DNA from: Pseudodesulfovibrio mercurii
GTDB taxonomy: Bacteria > Desulfobacterota > Desulfovibrionia > Desulfovibrionales > Desulfovibrionaceae
Direction of reading: 5' to 3'
Length of the DNA stretch: 32,000 nt
Assembly: GCF_000189295.2 (NCBI RefSeq)
Contig: NC_016803.1
Location: forward strand, 90,001-122,000
The notes under the pieces are model-generated. The model searched no databases. It saw only the letters and a program-made list of their open reading frames with translations, and had not been told where the DNA came from. How positions within the stretch are numbered: position 1 is the first letter of the stretch; each line of letters opens with the position of its first letter. Of the stretch, positions 1 to 9,429 are shown piece after piece. Both the position numbers and the translations under genes were made by a program.

Positions 1-121
1 CCTCGGAGGAGAGGTGGTCATTCTTCCTGAGCAGGGTATCGAGGATGACCCGCCGCTGGGGGGTCATCTTCAGGTTCTCGGCGGCCAGGTATTCGGCAAA
101 GACTTCTTGCGGGGTTTTCAT
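1..121 (-). CDS. Fur-family metalloregulator (Fur/Zur/PerR type), N-terminal part; ORF runs off the window start
   Basis: Reverse translation from ATG (121-119) gives MKTPQEVFAEYLAAENLKMTPQRRVILDTLLRKNDHLSSE. The LK.T.QR..IL pattern is the N-terminal winged-helix signature of Fur-family proteins. Not in the ORF track because it is truncated. Confidence 0.75.
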   Translation of the reverse strand, partial: MKTPQEVFAEYLAAENLKMTPQRRVILDTLLRKNDHLSSE

Positions 122-248
122 GGGATATCCCGTCGTTTTGTTTGAATTTCAGTCAATTCTTCCCATACGTGAAGCGCCACAAGGTGTCAAACGCGAATGC
201 ATCCGGCGGGGAATAGCCCCGGCCTTCCGCCCGATCCCCTTTTGTTCC

Positions 249-277
249 TTGACATTCCGGGATACGGTTTCTACAAA
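249..277 (+). promoter_or_regulatory. Candidate sigma-70-type promoter for the tRNA gene
   Basis: Perfect TTGACA (249-254), 17-nt spacer, then TACAAA (272-277), about 40 nt upstream of the mature tRNA 5' end. Confidence 0.4.
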
Positions 278-320
278 CGGTATCCCACAAATCGGCGTCC
301 CACCCCGCGCCGATCCCAAA

Positions 321-412
321 GGAGAGGTGGCAGAGCTCGGTTTAATGCGCTGGTCTTGAAAACCAGAGACGGGGCGACTCGTCCGGGGGTTCGAATCCCT
401 CCCTCTCCGCCA
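321..412 (+). tRNA. tRNA-Ser (anticodon UGA), class II with long variable arm, encoded CCA
   Basis: Acceptor stem GGAGAGG/CCTCTCC, discriminator G and CCA at 410-412. Anticodon stem CTGGT/ACCAG with loop CTTGAAA (anticodon TGA). Long variable arm. T-loop GGTTCGAATCC. Confidence 0.9.
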
Positions 413-420
413 GGAATATC

Positions 421-456
421 AGTGGCTTGTCTCGAATGAGATAAGCCACTTTTTTA
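421..456 (+). terminator. Rho-independent terminator after tRNA-Ser
   Basis: Hairpin AGTGGCTTGTCTC-GAAT-GAGATAAGCCACT (one mismatch) followed by TTTTTT. Confidence 0.65.
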
Positions 457-553
457 TTGGTGCGTTACGGTAAAACGTGTCCGGCGTTTGCGCCGGGGGG
501 GCGCTGTCGTCCGGTTCTGGGAGGGGGCACCGATAGTTATGCTTTTCCCATGC

Positions 554-587
554 AAAACGGCACCTGAAGGATTTCAGGTGCCGTTTT
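554..587. terminator. Bidirectional hairpin terminator downstream of the ferredoxin gene
   Basis: AAAACGGCACCTGAA-GGAT-TTCAGGTGCCGTTTT: perfect 11-bp GC-rich stem flanked by an A-run and a T-run. Confidence 0.6.
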
Positions 588-633
588 GGGACCGACCGGC
601 GGTCAGGGAGACCTCCGGATCGGGGAATTGCCG

Positions 634-810
634 CTACTCCTCTTCGCTGATCGCGTTGAAGCCGCATTCGGCTTCGCAGGAGCCGCAGTCGATGCAGTCT
701 TCGGTGATCTCGTAGTAGTTTTTGCCCTCGGGGTGGATGATGGCGTCGGAAGGACAGACGCTCTGGCAGGCGCCGCAGAACTGACATTCATCGGGATTGA
801 TCTTATGCAT
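634..810 (-). CDS. Small 2x[4Fe-4S] ferredoxin (58 aa)
   Basis: MHKINPDECQFCGACQSVCPSDAI...CIDCGSCEAECGFNAI carries two CxxCxxCxxxC(P) motifs. AGGAG lies 6 nt upstream of the ATG at 810. The track's longer start at 888 has no RBS. Confidence 0.9.
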   Translation of the reverse strand: MHKINPDECQFCGACQSVCPSDAIIHPEGKNYYEITEDCIDCGSCEAECGFNAISEEE

Positions 811-1051
811 TTTTTCTCCTCTCAAAAATGATAATAACCATATGTATTTCAAAGCGAAAAGATATACGTCCGAATAACGGGGTGTCAATCAAAACCTGTG
901 GACCGTTTTCCGTTTGGAACGCGGAGGAGGGGCCTGCTACAAGAATGAAGGCTGTTCATATTTGGTCAAGAATGTCGAGTTGTTCACAGGGGCGCAGAGG
1001 GTGCCTAATTCTGCCGAATTTGTCATTCGCGTCGTCGCCCACGCGGAAGGG

Positions 1052-1065
1052 TTTCCGATCGGAAA
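1052..1065. repeat. Perfect 14-bp palindrome TTTCCGATCGGAAA in the ferredoxin/macA intergenic region (candidate operator)
   Basis: Read directly from the sequence. It lies in a 536-bp non-coding gap between divergent genes. Confidence 0.4.
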
Positions 1066-1193
1066 GCGCGCGTTGAAGAAAAAATGCAGTGCCGAAGCGT
1101 TTTTTCGGAGGAAACGCGGAGGGCGGGGAACGGCCGTTTTTTCATTTCTCGGCTCCTTGGTCTGCGGCCGGGTTTGCGGACGTCCGGATGTCC

Positions 1194-1223
1194 CGGCGGT
1201 GGAGCTTTTCCGCCGCCGTTTTT
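1194..1223 (+). terminator. Intrinsic-terminator-like hairpin plus T-run about 125 nt upstream of macA (possible attenuator or sRNA 3' end)
   Basis: CGGCGGTGGA-GCTTT-TCCGCCGCCG (one mismatch) followed by TTTTTACACTTTTTT. No T-run on the opposite strand. Confidence 0.4.
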
Positions 1224-1346
1224 ACACTTTTTTACAATTTCTGAGTATCCTTTAACCCCTCTGGACCGAAGAATACCCTATGGTGCTTGCACCAAGCGGG
1301 CGATGTCGCCCGTGAACGTACAACCGTAAGGCATTTTGGAGTCCAT

Positions 1347-2528
1347 ATGAAATGGTTATACAAGGCGGCCGCCGTTCTCGTCCTCGTCGGGCTGGGCGTG
1401 GGCGTCAAGCTGTACTTCTTTCCCGCATCGGCGCCCATGCAGTATCTGACCTCGCCCGTGACCCGGGGCGACGTCCAGGAGACGGTCCTGGCCACCGGGA
1501 CCCTGACGGCCTTCAAGCAGGTCAGCGTGGGCGCCCAGGCCTCGGGCCAGGTCAACTCCCTCAAGGTGGAGCTGGGCGACGCGGTCAAGGAGGGCGACCT
1601 CATCGCCGAGATCGACGCCCAGTCCCAGGAGAACGCCCTGCGCATCGCCGAGGCCGACCTGGAGAAGATCAAGGCCGAGCGGGCAGCCAAGGTGGCCACC
1701 CTGCAACAGGCCCAGTCCGAGTACACCCGCCAGCAGAAGATGCTCAAGTCCAAGGCCACCTCGCGCCAGGATTACGAGGACGCCCAGGCCACCCTGGCCG
1801 AGACCAGGGCGGACATCGCCTCCCTGGACGCCCAGATCGTGGCCGCGGCCATCGACGTGGACACGGCCAGGGTTGACCTCGGCTACACCAAGATCACCGC
1901 GCCCATGGACGGGGTGGTGGTGGCGGTCGTCACCAAGGAGGGCCAGACCGTGAACGCGGCCCAGTCCACGCCGACCATCGTCAAGCTGGCCCAGCTCGAC
2001 ACCATGACCGTGGAGTCCGAGGTCTCCGAGGCGGACGTGGTCCACGTCAAGCCCGGCCAGAAGGTCTATTTCACCATCCTCGGCGAGCCGGACAACAAGT
2101 ACGAGGCCACCCTGCGGAGCATCGAGCCCGCGCCTTCGTCCATCCTGACGGACGACGACGGCACGACCACCAGCTCCAGCGACGAGGCCATCTACTACAA
2201 CGCCCTGTTCGACGTGGCCAACCCGGACCACAAGCTGCGCATCTCCATGACCGCCGAGGTGACCATCGTGCTCGACGAGGCCAGGAACGTCCTGCTTATC
2301 CCCGAGAGCGCCCTGGGCGACAAGGACAAGCAGGGGCACTACTCGGTCCGAGTCCTGACCCAGGACAACCGGGCCGAGGTCCGCGGCGTGCGCACGGGGC
2401 TCTCGGATTCGGTCAACATCCAGGTCCTGGACGGCCTGACCGAGGGCGACCTGGTCATCCTGGGCGAGGCCGATGCCGACACCGTGGTCAGCCAGTCGAG
2501 CCGCCGCCACGGGCCCATGGGGTTCTAA
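1347..2528 (+). CDS. macA: MacA-type periplasmic adaptor (HlyD/RND MFP family) of a tripartite ABC efflux pump
   Basis: N-terminal TM anchor [18 protein letters not shown], then [15 protein letters not shown]...VGAQASGQV and coiled-coil, lipoyl and beta-barrel regions typical of MacA. GGAG lies 5 nt before the ATG at 1347. The stop is 3 nt before macB. Confidence 0.85.
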   Translation: MKWLYKAAAVLVLVGLGVGVKLYFFPASAPMQYLTSPVTRGDVQETVLATGTLTAFKQVSVGAQASGQVNSLKVELGDAVKEGDLIAEIDAQSQENALRIAEADLEKIKAERAAKVATLQQAQSEYTRQQKMLKSKATSRQDYEDAQATLAETRADIASLDAQIVAAAIDVDTARVDLGYTKITAPMDGVVVAVVTKEGQTVNAAQSTPTIVKLAQLDTMTVESEVSEADVVHVKPGQKVYFTILGEPDNKYEATLRSIEPAPSSILTDDDGTTTSSSDEAIYYNALFDVANPDHKLRISMTAEVTIVLDEARNVLLIPESALGDKDKQGHYSVRVLTQDNRAEVRGVRTGLSDSVNIQVLDGLTEGDLVILGEADADTVVSQSSRRHGPMGF

Positions 2529-2530
2529 CC

Positions 2531-4474
2531 ATGCCGCTGCTGCACATCGAGAACCTGCGCAAGGAATACCCGGCGGGCGACCAGCCCATGGCCGTGCTCA
2601 AGGACGTGAACCTGAGCATCGAGGCCGGGGAGATGGTCGCCATCGTCGGGGCCTCGGGTTCGGGCAAGTCCACGCTGATGAACATCCTGGGCTGCCTGGA
2701 TTCCGCCACCAGCGGGACCTACCGCATCGCGGGCCGGGACGTGTCCGAGCTGGACGCCGACGAACTGGCGCGGCTGCGGCGCGAGCATTTCGGCTTCATC
2801 TTCCAGCGCTACCACCTGCTTTCCTCGCTGACGGCGCTGGACAACGTGGAGATGCCCGCCATCTACGAGGGCATGGCCCCGGCGGCGCGCCGGAAACGGG
2901 CGGCCGAGCTGCTCCGGCGGCTGGGCCTCGGGGACCGCATCAACTACCGGCCCGGCCAGCTTTCCGGCGGCCAGCAGCAGCGGGTGTCCATCTCGCGCGC
3001 CCTGATGAACGGCGGTCAGGTCATCCTGGCCGACGAGCCCACCGGGGCCCTGGACAGCCACAGCGGCCGCGAGACCATGAACCTTCTGACCGAACTCAAC
3101 GCCGAGGGGCACACCATCGTGGTCGTGACCCACGATATGGAGGTGGCCGCCTTCGCCCGCAGGATCATCGAGATCCGCGACGGCGAGATCATCTCGGACC
3201 GGGCCAACGAGGCCGCGCCCCCGGCCGCGCCCGCCGCGAGCCGTCCGGAGCCGGTCAAGCGCAACGCCGTGGCCTGGCTGGACCAGGCGCGCGAGCTGCT
3301 GCGCATGGCCCTGTCGGCCATGGCCGCGCACAAGCTGCGCACCTTCCTGACCATGCTCGGGATCATCATCGGCATCGCCTCGGTGGTCTCGGTGGTGGCC
3401 CTGGGCCAGGGCTCGCAGCAGCGCGTGCTGAACGACATCAGCGCCATCGGCACCAACGTCATCGACATCTTTCCGGGCGAGGACTTCGGCGACCGCCGGT
3501 CCGGGAACATCCACACCCTGGTGCCCTCGGACGCCGATGTCCTGGCCCGGCAGTCCTATGTGGACAGCGTCACGCCCAAGGTCTCCACCTCGGTGGACCT
3601 GCGCTACCGCAACGTGGACGTGGACGCCTCGGTCTCGGGCGTGAACGAACTGTACTTCCGGGTCTACGGCTACGAGATGGACCAGGGTCGGTCCTTCGAC
3701 GCCGACATGGTCCGCAAGATCGGCCAGGTGGCGGTCATCGACCAGAACACGTACAAGCGGCTGTTCAGCGCGGGCGAGCAGGTGGTGGGCAAGGTCATCA
3801 TCCTGGGAAGCGTGCCCTGCCGGATCATCGGCGTGACCAAGGCGAAGCAGACCTTCGGCCCCAACAGCGACTCCCTGAACATATGGGTGCCGTACACCAC
3901 GGCCATGCACCGCATGATCGGCCAGTCCTACCTCGGCAGCATCACCGTGCGGGTCAAGGACGGCGCGCCCATGCAGGCCGCCGAGCAGGGCATCAATCAC
4001 CTCCTGACCCGCCGGCACAAGCTCAAGGACTTCTTCATCATGAACACGGACACCATCCGCAAGACCATCGAGAGCACCACCCAGACCATGACCCTGCTCA
4101 TCTCGGCCATCGCGGTCATCTCCCTGGTGGTCGGCGGCATCGGGGTGATGAACATCATGCTCGTGTCCGTGACCGAGCGGACCCGCGAGATCGGCGTGCG
4201 CATGGCCGTGGGCGCGCGGCGCGGCGACATCATGAGCCAGTTCCTCATCGAGGCCGTGCTGGTCTGCCTGCTGGGCGGCGTCCTCGGCATCCTCCTGGCC
4301 CTGGGGGTGGGCGTGCTCGTGGCCGAAAGCGGCAGCAGCTACACCATGGTCTATTCCACGGCCTCCATGGTCCTGGCCTTTGTCTGCTCCACCCTCATCG
4401 GCGTGGCCTTCGGCTACCTCCCGGCCCGCAGCGCATCGCGCCTGGACCCGGTGGACGCCCTGGTCCGCGAATAA
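2531..4474 (+). CDS. macB: MacB-type ABC transporter, fused ATPase plus permease (FtsX-like TMD with large periplasmic domain)
   Basis: Walker [10 protein letters not shown], signature [15 protein letters not shown], Walker [13 protein letters not shown]-loop VVVTHD. Followed by four TM segments and a C-terminal FtsX-like region. 647 aa. Confidence 0.9.
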   Translation: MPLLHIENLRKEYPAGDQPMAVLKDVNLSIEAGEMVAIVGASGSGKSTLMNILGCLDSATSGTYRIAGRDVSELDADELARLRREHFGFIFQRYHLLSSLTALDNVEMPAIYEGMAPAARRKRAAELLRRLGLGDRINYRPGQLSGGQQQRVSISRALMNGGQVILADEPTGALDSHSGRETMNLLTELNAEGHTIVVVTHDMEVAAFARRIIEIRDGEIISDRANEAAPPAAPAASRPEPVKRNAVAWLDQARELLRMALSAMAAHKLRTFLTMLGIIIGIASVVSVVALGQGSQQRVLNDISAIGTNVIDIFPGEDFGDRRSGNIHTLVPSDADVLARQSYVDSVTPKVSTSVDLRYRNVDVDASVSGVNELYFRVYGYEMDQGRSFDADMVRKIGQVAVIDQNTYKRLFSAGEQVVGKVIILGSVPCRIIGVTKAKQTFGPNSDSLNIWVPYTTAMHRMIGQSYLGSITVRVKDGAPMQAAEQGINHLLTRRHKLKDFFIMNTDTIRKTIESTTQTMTLLISAIAVISLVVGGIGVMNIMLVSVTERTREIGVRMAVGARRGDIMSQFLIEAVLVCLLGGVLGILLALGVGVLVAESGSSYTMVYSTASMVLAFVCSTLIGVAFGYLPARSASRLDPVDALVRE

Positions 4475-4489
4475 CAAACGGAAACATTC

Positions 4490-5875
4490 ATGCATAGATA
4501 CATCGTTTCGCTCCTGCTTCTCCTCCTGCCCCTGTCCGGTTGCGGGGCGCTGCTCAAGACCGACTTCACCCCGCCGGAGACGACCACGCCCGCGCAGTGG
4601 ACCGCGTCCGCCGCCGAGGTCTCCCCGGCCGCGACCTGGCCCACGGACTTCGGCGACCCGGCCCTGACCCGGCTGGTGGCCCTGGCCCTCGAGCGCAACA
4701 ACGACCTGGCCGCCGCGGCCATCAAGGTGCGCAAGGCCCAGTACCAGGCCGGACTGGCCTGGGAGGACATGACCCCGAACCTGTCCGCCTCCCTGGGCAC
4801 GGACAGCGAAAAGTCCCTCAAGCGGGGCGGCTGGGACACGGATTATTCCGCCAAGTTCGGCATCAGCTGGGAGGCCGACCTGTGGGGCAGGCTCTCCAGC
4901 GCGCGCGACTCGGCCGAGTGGGAGGCCCTGGCCACGGAGCAGGACCGCCAGGGCACGGCCCTGTCCCTGGTGGGCACGACCATGAAGCTCTACTGGGGCA
5001 TCGCCTACGACAACGTGCGGTTGCAACTCAGCGAGAGCAACATCGAGTCGTCCCGGCAGACCCTGGCCCTGACCGAGTCCCAGGAGCGGTGGGGCGCGGC
5101 CTCGTCCCTGGAGGTCAACCAGAGCCGCCAGGACCTGGCCAGCCTGCTGGCCACCAACCAGACCCTGCGCCAGGCGCGCCAGGAGGACATCAACGCCCTG
5201 GCCGTGCTTTTCGACATGCCGCCGGGCAAGACCATGGCCGACCCGGAGACCCTGTCCATGGCCGCGCTTCCGCCCATCCCGGCGGGACTGCCCGCCCAGC
5301 TCCTGGGCCGCCGCCCGGACCTGCGCGCGGCCGAGCTGCGGCTGCGCGAGTACCTGGCCGACACGGACGCGGCCAAGGCCGACTTCTATCCCCCCCTGAC
5401 CCTGACCGGCTCGCTGGGCAGCGCCAGCACCGAGCTGTCCGACCTGCTGAACAACCCCGTGGCCGCCCTGGTCTCCAGCCTGACCTTTCCGTTCCTCAAC
5501 TGGAACACCCTGCAGCTGCAGCTCAAGGTCTCCCAGGCCGACTTCGACGAGGCCGTGGTCAACTTCCGCCAGACCCTGTACGAGGCCATGAAGGAAGTCG
5601 AGGACGCCCTGTCCAACCGCGACCGCCTGGCCGAGCGGGCCAACCATCTGGCCGAGAATCTGACCGCCGCCCGCGAGGTGGAGCGGATCTACGAGGTCCG
5701 TTACAAGGCTGGCTCCGGAACTCTCAAGGACTGGCTGGACGCCCAGGACACCCGGCGCATCGCCGAGCAGTCCGCGGCCGAGAACCTGTACAGCCGGCTG
5801 ACCAACTACGTGACCCTGTACCAGGCCCTGGGCGGCGAGCCGCCCCGGACGGAGACCGTGGCCCAGACCAAATGA
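4490..5875 (+). CDS. Outer-membrane efflux lipoprotein, NodT/OMF (TolC-like) family
   Basis: Lipoprotein signal with lipobox [11 protein letters not shown]. Two OEP repeats (RPDL, YKAG... motifs). Completes the macAB operon. Confidence 0.85.
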   Translation: MHRYIVSLLLLLLPLSGCGALLKTDFTPPETTTPAQWTASAAEVSPAATWPTDFGDPALTRLVALALERNNDLAAAAIKVRKAQYQAGLAWEDMTPNLSASLGTDSEKSLKRGGWDTDYSAKFGISWEADLWGRLSSARDSAEWEALATEQDRQGTALSLVGTTMKLYWGIAYDNVRLQLSESNIESSRQTLALTESQERWGAASSLEVNQSRQDLASLLATNQTLRQARQEDINALAVLFDMPPGKTMADPETLSMAALPPIPAGLPAQLLGRRPDLRAAELRLREYLADTDAAKADFYPPLTLTGSLGSASTELSDLLNNPVAALVSSLTFPFLNWNTLQLQLKVSQADFDEAVVNFRQTLYEAMKEVEDALSNRDRLAERANHLAENLTAAREVERIYEVRYKAGSGTLKDWLDAQDTRRIAEQSAAENLYSRLTNYVTLYQALGGEPPRTETVAQTK

Positions 5876-5916
5876 TCGGGGCGGGGCGGTTGCCCGCGTC
5901 CCCGGCCTTGAACGCG

Positions 5917-5950
5917 AAAGGGCCCGTCTCAAGGGAGACGGGCCCTTTTC
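5917..5950. terminator. Bidirectional rho-independent terminator between convergent operons
   Basis: AAAGGGCCCGTCTC-AAGG-GAGACGGGCCCTTTT: perfect 11-bp stem flanked by A and T runs. Confidence 0.75.
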
Positions 5951-5972
5951 GCGCCGGAGCGGACCGGGCCGC

Positions 5973-6671
5973 CTAGCGCGAGTAGCGTTCCTCCTTCCAG
6001 GGGTCGGCGGAGTTGCTGTAGCCGCGCTTTTCCCAGTAGCCGCGTTCGTCGCGGGCGACGATCTTGATCCCTTCCACCCACTTGGCGCTCTTGTAGAAGT
6101 AGCGGTCCGGGACCACCCCGCGCACCGGGCCGCCGTTGGGGCCGGGCAGGGGCGCGCCGAACAGGCTGTGGGCCAGGAACACGTCCGGCTTGCTGGCTTC
6201 GGTCAGCGGGATGCTCGTGGTGTAGCCGTGGGCGGCCTGGAAGACGACGAACCGGGCGTCCGCCGTGGGTTGCGCGCGGTCGAGGATGGTGGAGAGCGAC
6301 ACGCCGCGCCAGGCGGCGTCCAGGAGGGTCCAGCCGGTCACACAGTGGACGTCGCAGGTGAAGTCCTGCTGGCCGAGGTCCATGAGCCCCTGGAAATCGA
6401 GTTCAAGCGGGGTCGCGACCTCGCCTTGGACGCGCAGGGCGAAGTCCTCGGGCCGGGGCGAGCCGGGCCTGCCGCCCATGTCCTCGATGCGTTCGATCAC
6501 GGTCTGGCCCGGCGGGACGCGGGGGCGTCCGTCGGGCCGGAGCAGTCCGGCCAGTTCCGCCTGCCGGGCCTCGGCCACCGTGGCGAACAGGCCGGGCAGA
6601 CCTATGGCGACCACGGTTCCGGCGGCCACGGACAGGAACTCGCGCCGGGACAATCGGGCTTTCTCGTTCAT
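5973..6671 (-). CDS. Tat-exported sulfite-oxidase-fold molybdopterin-binding oxidoreductase (short YedY/MsrP-like form, 232 aa)
   Basis: Start [18 protein letters not shown] (twin-arginine motif) with AGGAGG upstream of the ATG at 6671. Conserved Mo-ligand region [12 protein letters not shown]. The track ORF extends to 6896 but that extension has no RBS and no plausible sequence. Confidence 0.8.
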   Translation of the reverse strand: MNEKARLSRREFLSVAAGTVVAIGLPGLFATVAEARQAELAGLLRPDGRPRVPPGQTVIERIEDMGGRPGSPRPEDFALRVQGEVATPLELDFQGLMDLGQQDFTCDVHCVTGWTLLDAAWRGVSLSTILDRAQPTADARFVVFQAAHGYTTSIPLTEASKPDVFLAHSLFGAPLPGPNGGPVRGVVPDRYFYKSAKWVEGIKIVARDERGYWEKRGYSNSADPWKEERYSR

Positions 6672-6772
6672 GCATCCTCCTTGCGGGTTGCGGCCGGGCC
6701 GTGCGGGACCGGCACTTTGCCATGTTCCCATGTTGGCAAAGAGCGATGCAAAGGACAAGGAAAAAGCGCGGG

Positions 6773-8629
6773 CTAGTTGGCCAGCCCCTTCAGGCTCGGG
6801 CCGAGCAGGGTCTCCACCTGCTTGGGGCCGAGGTCCATGCGGTAGAACAGCTTGTAGAACTCCCTGGTCTCCCGGATCATGTCCCAGCCGAACCACTCGG
6901 GGTAGAGCAGGTTGGTCAGCCAGATCAGCCCCATGAGCCGGTTCACGGACGGCGGCCGGTCGAACCAGTGGTACATGCCCGCCGGAGGCTCGAACACGGC
7001 CTGGTTGCGCACGGCCTTGAGCCGGGACCAGAAGGGATCGGTCCGGATTCGGTTGTACAGCCGTTGCGGAGACTTGCCTTCGTCCGAGAGCATGACGACC
7101 ACGTCCGGGTCCCAGCGGGCCAGGTCCGTGGCGCAGACCGGGGTGCGGCCGCAGCCGCGCTGCTCGTGCACCTCGGCCACGTTCACTCCGCCCGCGTATT
7201 CGATGAGCTCGCCGTGGCGGGAGCGCCGGGGCTCGGTGAGCAGGCCGGTGGGGGACTGGGCGTAGTAGACCGTGCGCCGCTCGCCCAGGGGGATGCCCGC
7301 CACGGTCCGGACGATCCGGTGGAATTTCTCCTCGAAATAGTCGGCCAGGAGGTTGCCCCGGTCGGGCACGCCGAGGAGCGCGCCCACGCGCCGCAGGACC
7401 TCGCCGGTGCGGTCCAGGCCCCCGTCGTAGACGAGCACCGGGATGCCCAGCTCCTGTTGCAGCCGGTCGGCCTGGGCCACCTCGACCTCGTCCAGGGCGA
7501 ACAGGGTCAGGGAGAGGATCAGGTCCACGCCGCGCTGTCCGACGGCCTCCCTGTCCAGGGTGGTCTTGCCGCCGCCGAAGTTGCCGCCCATGACCCCGAG
7601 GACCGGCAGGGAGAGGTATTCCGGGCTCGCCAGCATGCGCTCGGGCGGCATGGGGGGCATGCCCAGCCCCGCGATCCTGTCCGGGGCCAGGGCGAAGAGC
7701 AGGGCCGTGACCATGGGGTTGTAGCCGAAGACCCGCTTGAGTTCCGTCCTGACCAGGACCTTGCGCCCGGCCATGTCCGTGGCCAGGGTCGTCTCGGGCA
7801 GGTGCACGGGCTTGAATTCCACCATACTCACCTCGTTGGTTGCCGGTATGCCGGTTGGTTCGGGGGGCGTCGGGGCGTCCCCGTGGTTGCCGAAGGCCGC
7901 CCGCACGGGCGGGGCGGCCAGGAGTTCGGCGGTGGTCCGTCGGACGAAGTCCGCGTCCCGGTCCGCCGGGGACCGGTCGATGGCCTGGTCGTGGACCACG
8001 CGGCCGGGGGACGGGGCCAGGATGACCACGCGGTGGCTCAGGCGGACCGCCTCGGCCGGGTCGTGGGTCACGAACACGGCGGCCAGGCCGCGCTCCTCCA
8101 TGAGGGACCGGACCAGGTCCTGGAGTTCGCGCCTGAGGCCCACGTCCAGGGCGCTGAACGGTTCATCCAGGAGGAGCAGGTCCGGCTCCACGGCCAGGGC
8201 TCTGGCCAGGGAGACCCGCTGGCGCATGCCGCCGCTCAGTTCATGGGGAAATTTCGCCAGGTCGCCGGGGTTCAGGCCCATGCGCCCGGCCAGCCGCCGG
8301 GCCCGGTCCAGGCGGTCCGCCCTGGGCACGCCCAGGGCCTTGAGCCCGAAGGCGATGTTGTCCACGGTGCGACGCCAGGGAAGCAGCCTCGGCTCCTGGA
8401 AGACGCAGGCCGTGTGCGCGAAGGTGTTGACCACCCGCCCCCGGCCGGGCGCGAGCAGTCCGGCGGCCATGTGCAGCAGGGAGGTCTTGCCGCAGCCCGA
8501 GCGGCCCGCCAGGGCCAGGACCTCGCCGGGCAGCACGCGCAGGCTGACGTCGGCCAGCACCGGCCCGTCGCCGTAGTCGTGGTGGACGTGCTCCCAGGCC
8601 AGCACGGGACCGTCTTGCGTGGCGGTCAT
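6773..8629 (-). CDS. NitT/TauT-type ABC ATPase fused in frame, via a Pro-rich linker, to a signal-less Peripla_BP_2 (BtuF/FecB-like) binding-protein domain (618 aa)
   Basis: The N-terminal ~250 aa carry Walker [11 protein letters not shown]-loop FQEPRLLPW, signature [15 protein letters not shown], Walker [13 protein letters not shown] and H-loop VFVTHD. Linker: [24 protein letters not shown]. The C-terminal ~350 aa ([25 protein letters not shown]..., WDPDVVVML...) look like a class III periplasmic binding protein. No stop codon separates the two parts. ATGA overlap with the upstream permease gene. Confidence 0.75.
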   Translation of the reverse strand: MTATQDGPVLAWEHVHHDYGDGPVLADVSLRVLPGEVLALAGRSGCGKTSLLHMAAGLLAPGRGRVVNTFAHTACVFQEPRLLPWRRTVDNIAFGLKALGVPRADRLDRARRLAGRMGLNPGDLAKFPHELSGGMRQRVSLARALAVEPDLLLLDEPFSALDVGLRRELQDLVRSLMEERGLAAVFVTHDPAEAVRLSHRVVILAPSPGRVVHDQAIDRSPADRDADFVRRTTAELLAAPPVRAAFGNHGDAPTPPEPTGIPATNEVSMVEFKPVHLPETTLATDMAGRKVLVRTELKRVFGYNPMVTALLFALAPDRIAGLGMPPMPPERMLASPEYLSLPVLGVMGGNFGGGKTTLDREAVGQRGVDLILSLTLFALDEVEVAQADRLQQELGIPVLVYDGGLDRTGEVLRRVGALLGVPDRGNLLADYFEEKFHRIVRTVAGIPLGERRTVYYAQSPTGLLTEPRRSRHGELIEYAGGVNVAEVHEQRGCGRTPVCATDLARWDPDVVVMLSDEGKSPQRLYNRIRTDPFWSRLKAVRNQAVFEPPAGMYHWFDRPPSVNRLMGLIWLTNLLYPEWFGWDMIRETREFYKLFYRMDLGPKQVETLLGPSLKGLAN

Positions 8630-9414
8630 GATGACCGGACCGTGCGGCGCCAGGGCTCCAGGCGCCGTTGCAGGGGGTCGAGCAGGAGCAGGTCCACGGC
8701 CAGGAGCATGGCCAGCAGGACGATGATCCAGGCAAGGACGTCGGCGGTCTCCAGGTTGACCCGGGCCAGGGCCAGGTCCGCGCCGATGCCGTCGGTGGAG
8801 GCCAGCAGCTCGGCCATGACCGCCACCTTCCAGGACAATCCCAGGGCCGTGACCCAGCCGGGGAAGAGGTAGGACAGGATGTGCGGCAGCCGCACGTCCA
8901 GGAAGAGCATGGCCGGGGGCGTGTCGAAGGAGCGGCCCATGTCCTCGAGCCCTCGGTCGCGGGTGCGCGCGCCCTCCACGGCCACGGCGAAGACGATGGG
9001 CAGGGCGGTGACCACCACGGTGAACACCGGGGTCAGGCCGGTGGTGCCGAACCAGAGCATGGCCAGGACGATCCAGGCGATGGGCGGGATGCCCAGGAGC
9101 ATGGCCGTGATGGGCCGGAGGGTCCGGGCCAGGGCGGGGTGGAGTCCGGCCAGGATGCCGACGGTGCTGCCGAGCACGGCGGCCACGGCGAAGCCGCCCA
9201 GGGCGCGCCCGGCCGTGACCAGGGCCGCCTTGCCCACCGCGCCCTCCAGGGTCAGCCGCCAGAGCGCCCGGCAGGCCTCAAGGGGCGAAGGAAGGATGAA
9301 CGGGCCGTAGCACAGGCTGCCGACCCACCACAGGGCGAGGAAGAGCGCCACGCCCAGGGCGGGGTAGCGCAGGTCCCGCAGGGCGGACCGGACCGTGCTC
9401 GCGGCGCGGGACAT
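8626..9414 (-). CDS. ABC transporter permease, NitT/TauT (SsuC/TauC-like) family
   Basis: 262 aa with ~6 TM segments and BPD_transp_1-type features. GGGAGG upstream of the ATG at 9414. Confidence 0.85.
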   Translation of the reverse strand: MSRAASTVRSALRDLRYPALGVALFLALWWVGSLCYGPFILPSPLEACRALWRLTLEGAVGKAALVTAGRALGGFAVAAVLGSTVGILAGLHPALARTLRPITAMLLGIPPIAWIVLAMLWFGTTGLTPVFTVVVTALPIVFAVAVEGARTRDRGLEDMGRSFDTPPAMLFLDVRLPHILSYLFPGWVTALGLSWKVAVMAELLASTDGIGADLALARVNLETADVLAWIIVLLAMLLAVDLLLLDPLQRRLEPWRRTVRSS

Positions 9415-9429
9415 CCTCCCTCCCGTTGC

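Noticed and set aside
144-159. Inverted repeat GAATT-N6-AATTC just upstream of the Fur-family gene as a possible Fur/PerR/Zur box
   Set aside because: The arms are only 5 bp, and the sequence does not match the known 7-1-7 Fur-family box consensus. It is too weak to call.
321-412. Possibility that the long-variable-arm tRNA is tRNA-Sec (selenocysteine), given the Mo enzymes in the window
   Set aside because: The anticodon loop reads CTTGAAA, so the anticodon is UGA (Ser), not UCA. The acceptor stem is 7 bp and the layout is ordinary class II. The Mo-enzyme ORF has no in-frame TGA.
914-1329. ORFs of 113 aa (914-1255) and 81 aa (1084-1329) in the macA upstream region; also 45-359 and 197-439, which overlap the tRNA
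   Set aside because: They have no RBS, and their odd composition is Arg/Gly/Phe-rich. They run through the terminator hairpin or the tRNA gene, so they are most likely non-coding.
2525-5932. 1135-aa minus-strand ORF antisense to macB and the NodT gene; also 2473-4497 (+, 674 aa) and 1356-2510 (-)
   Set aside because: These are typical GC-rich shadow ORFs. Their translations are low-complexity G/R/A/P/H/D-rich strings with no motifs or RBS. The frames I called instead carry complete Walker, signature and lipobox motifs.
6734-6750. Sigma-54-like TGGCAAAGAGCGATGCA on the plus strand
   Set aside because: The GG-to-GC spacing is one nucleotide too long. It also points into the 3' end of a convergent minus-strand gene. 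It is more simply explained as one arm of the inverted repeat at 6715-6741.
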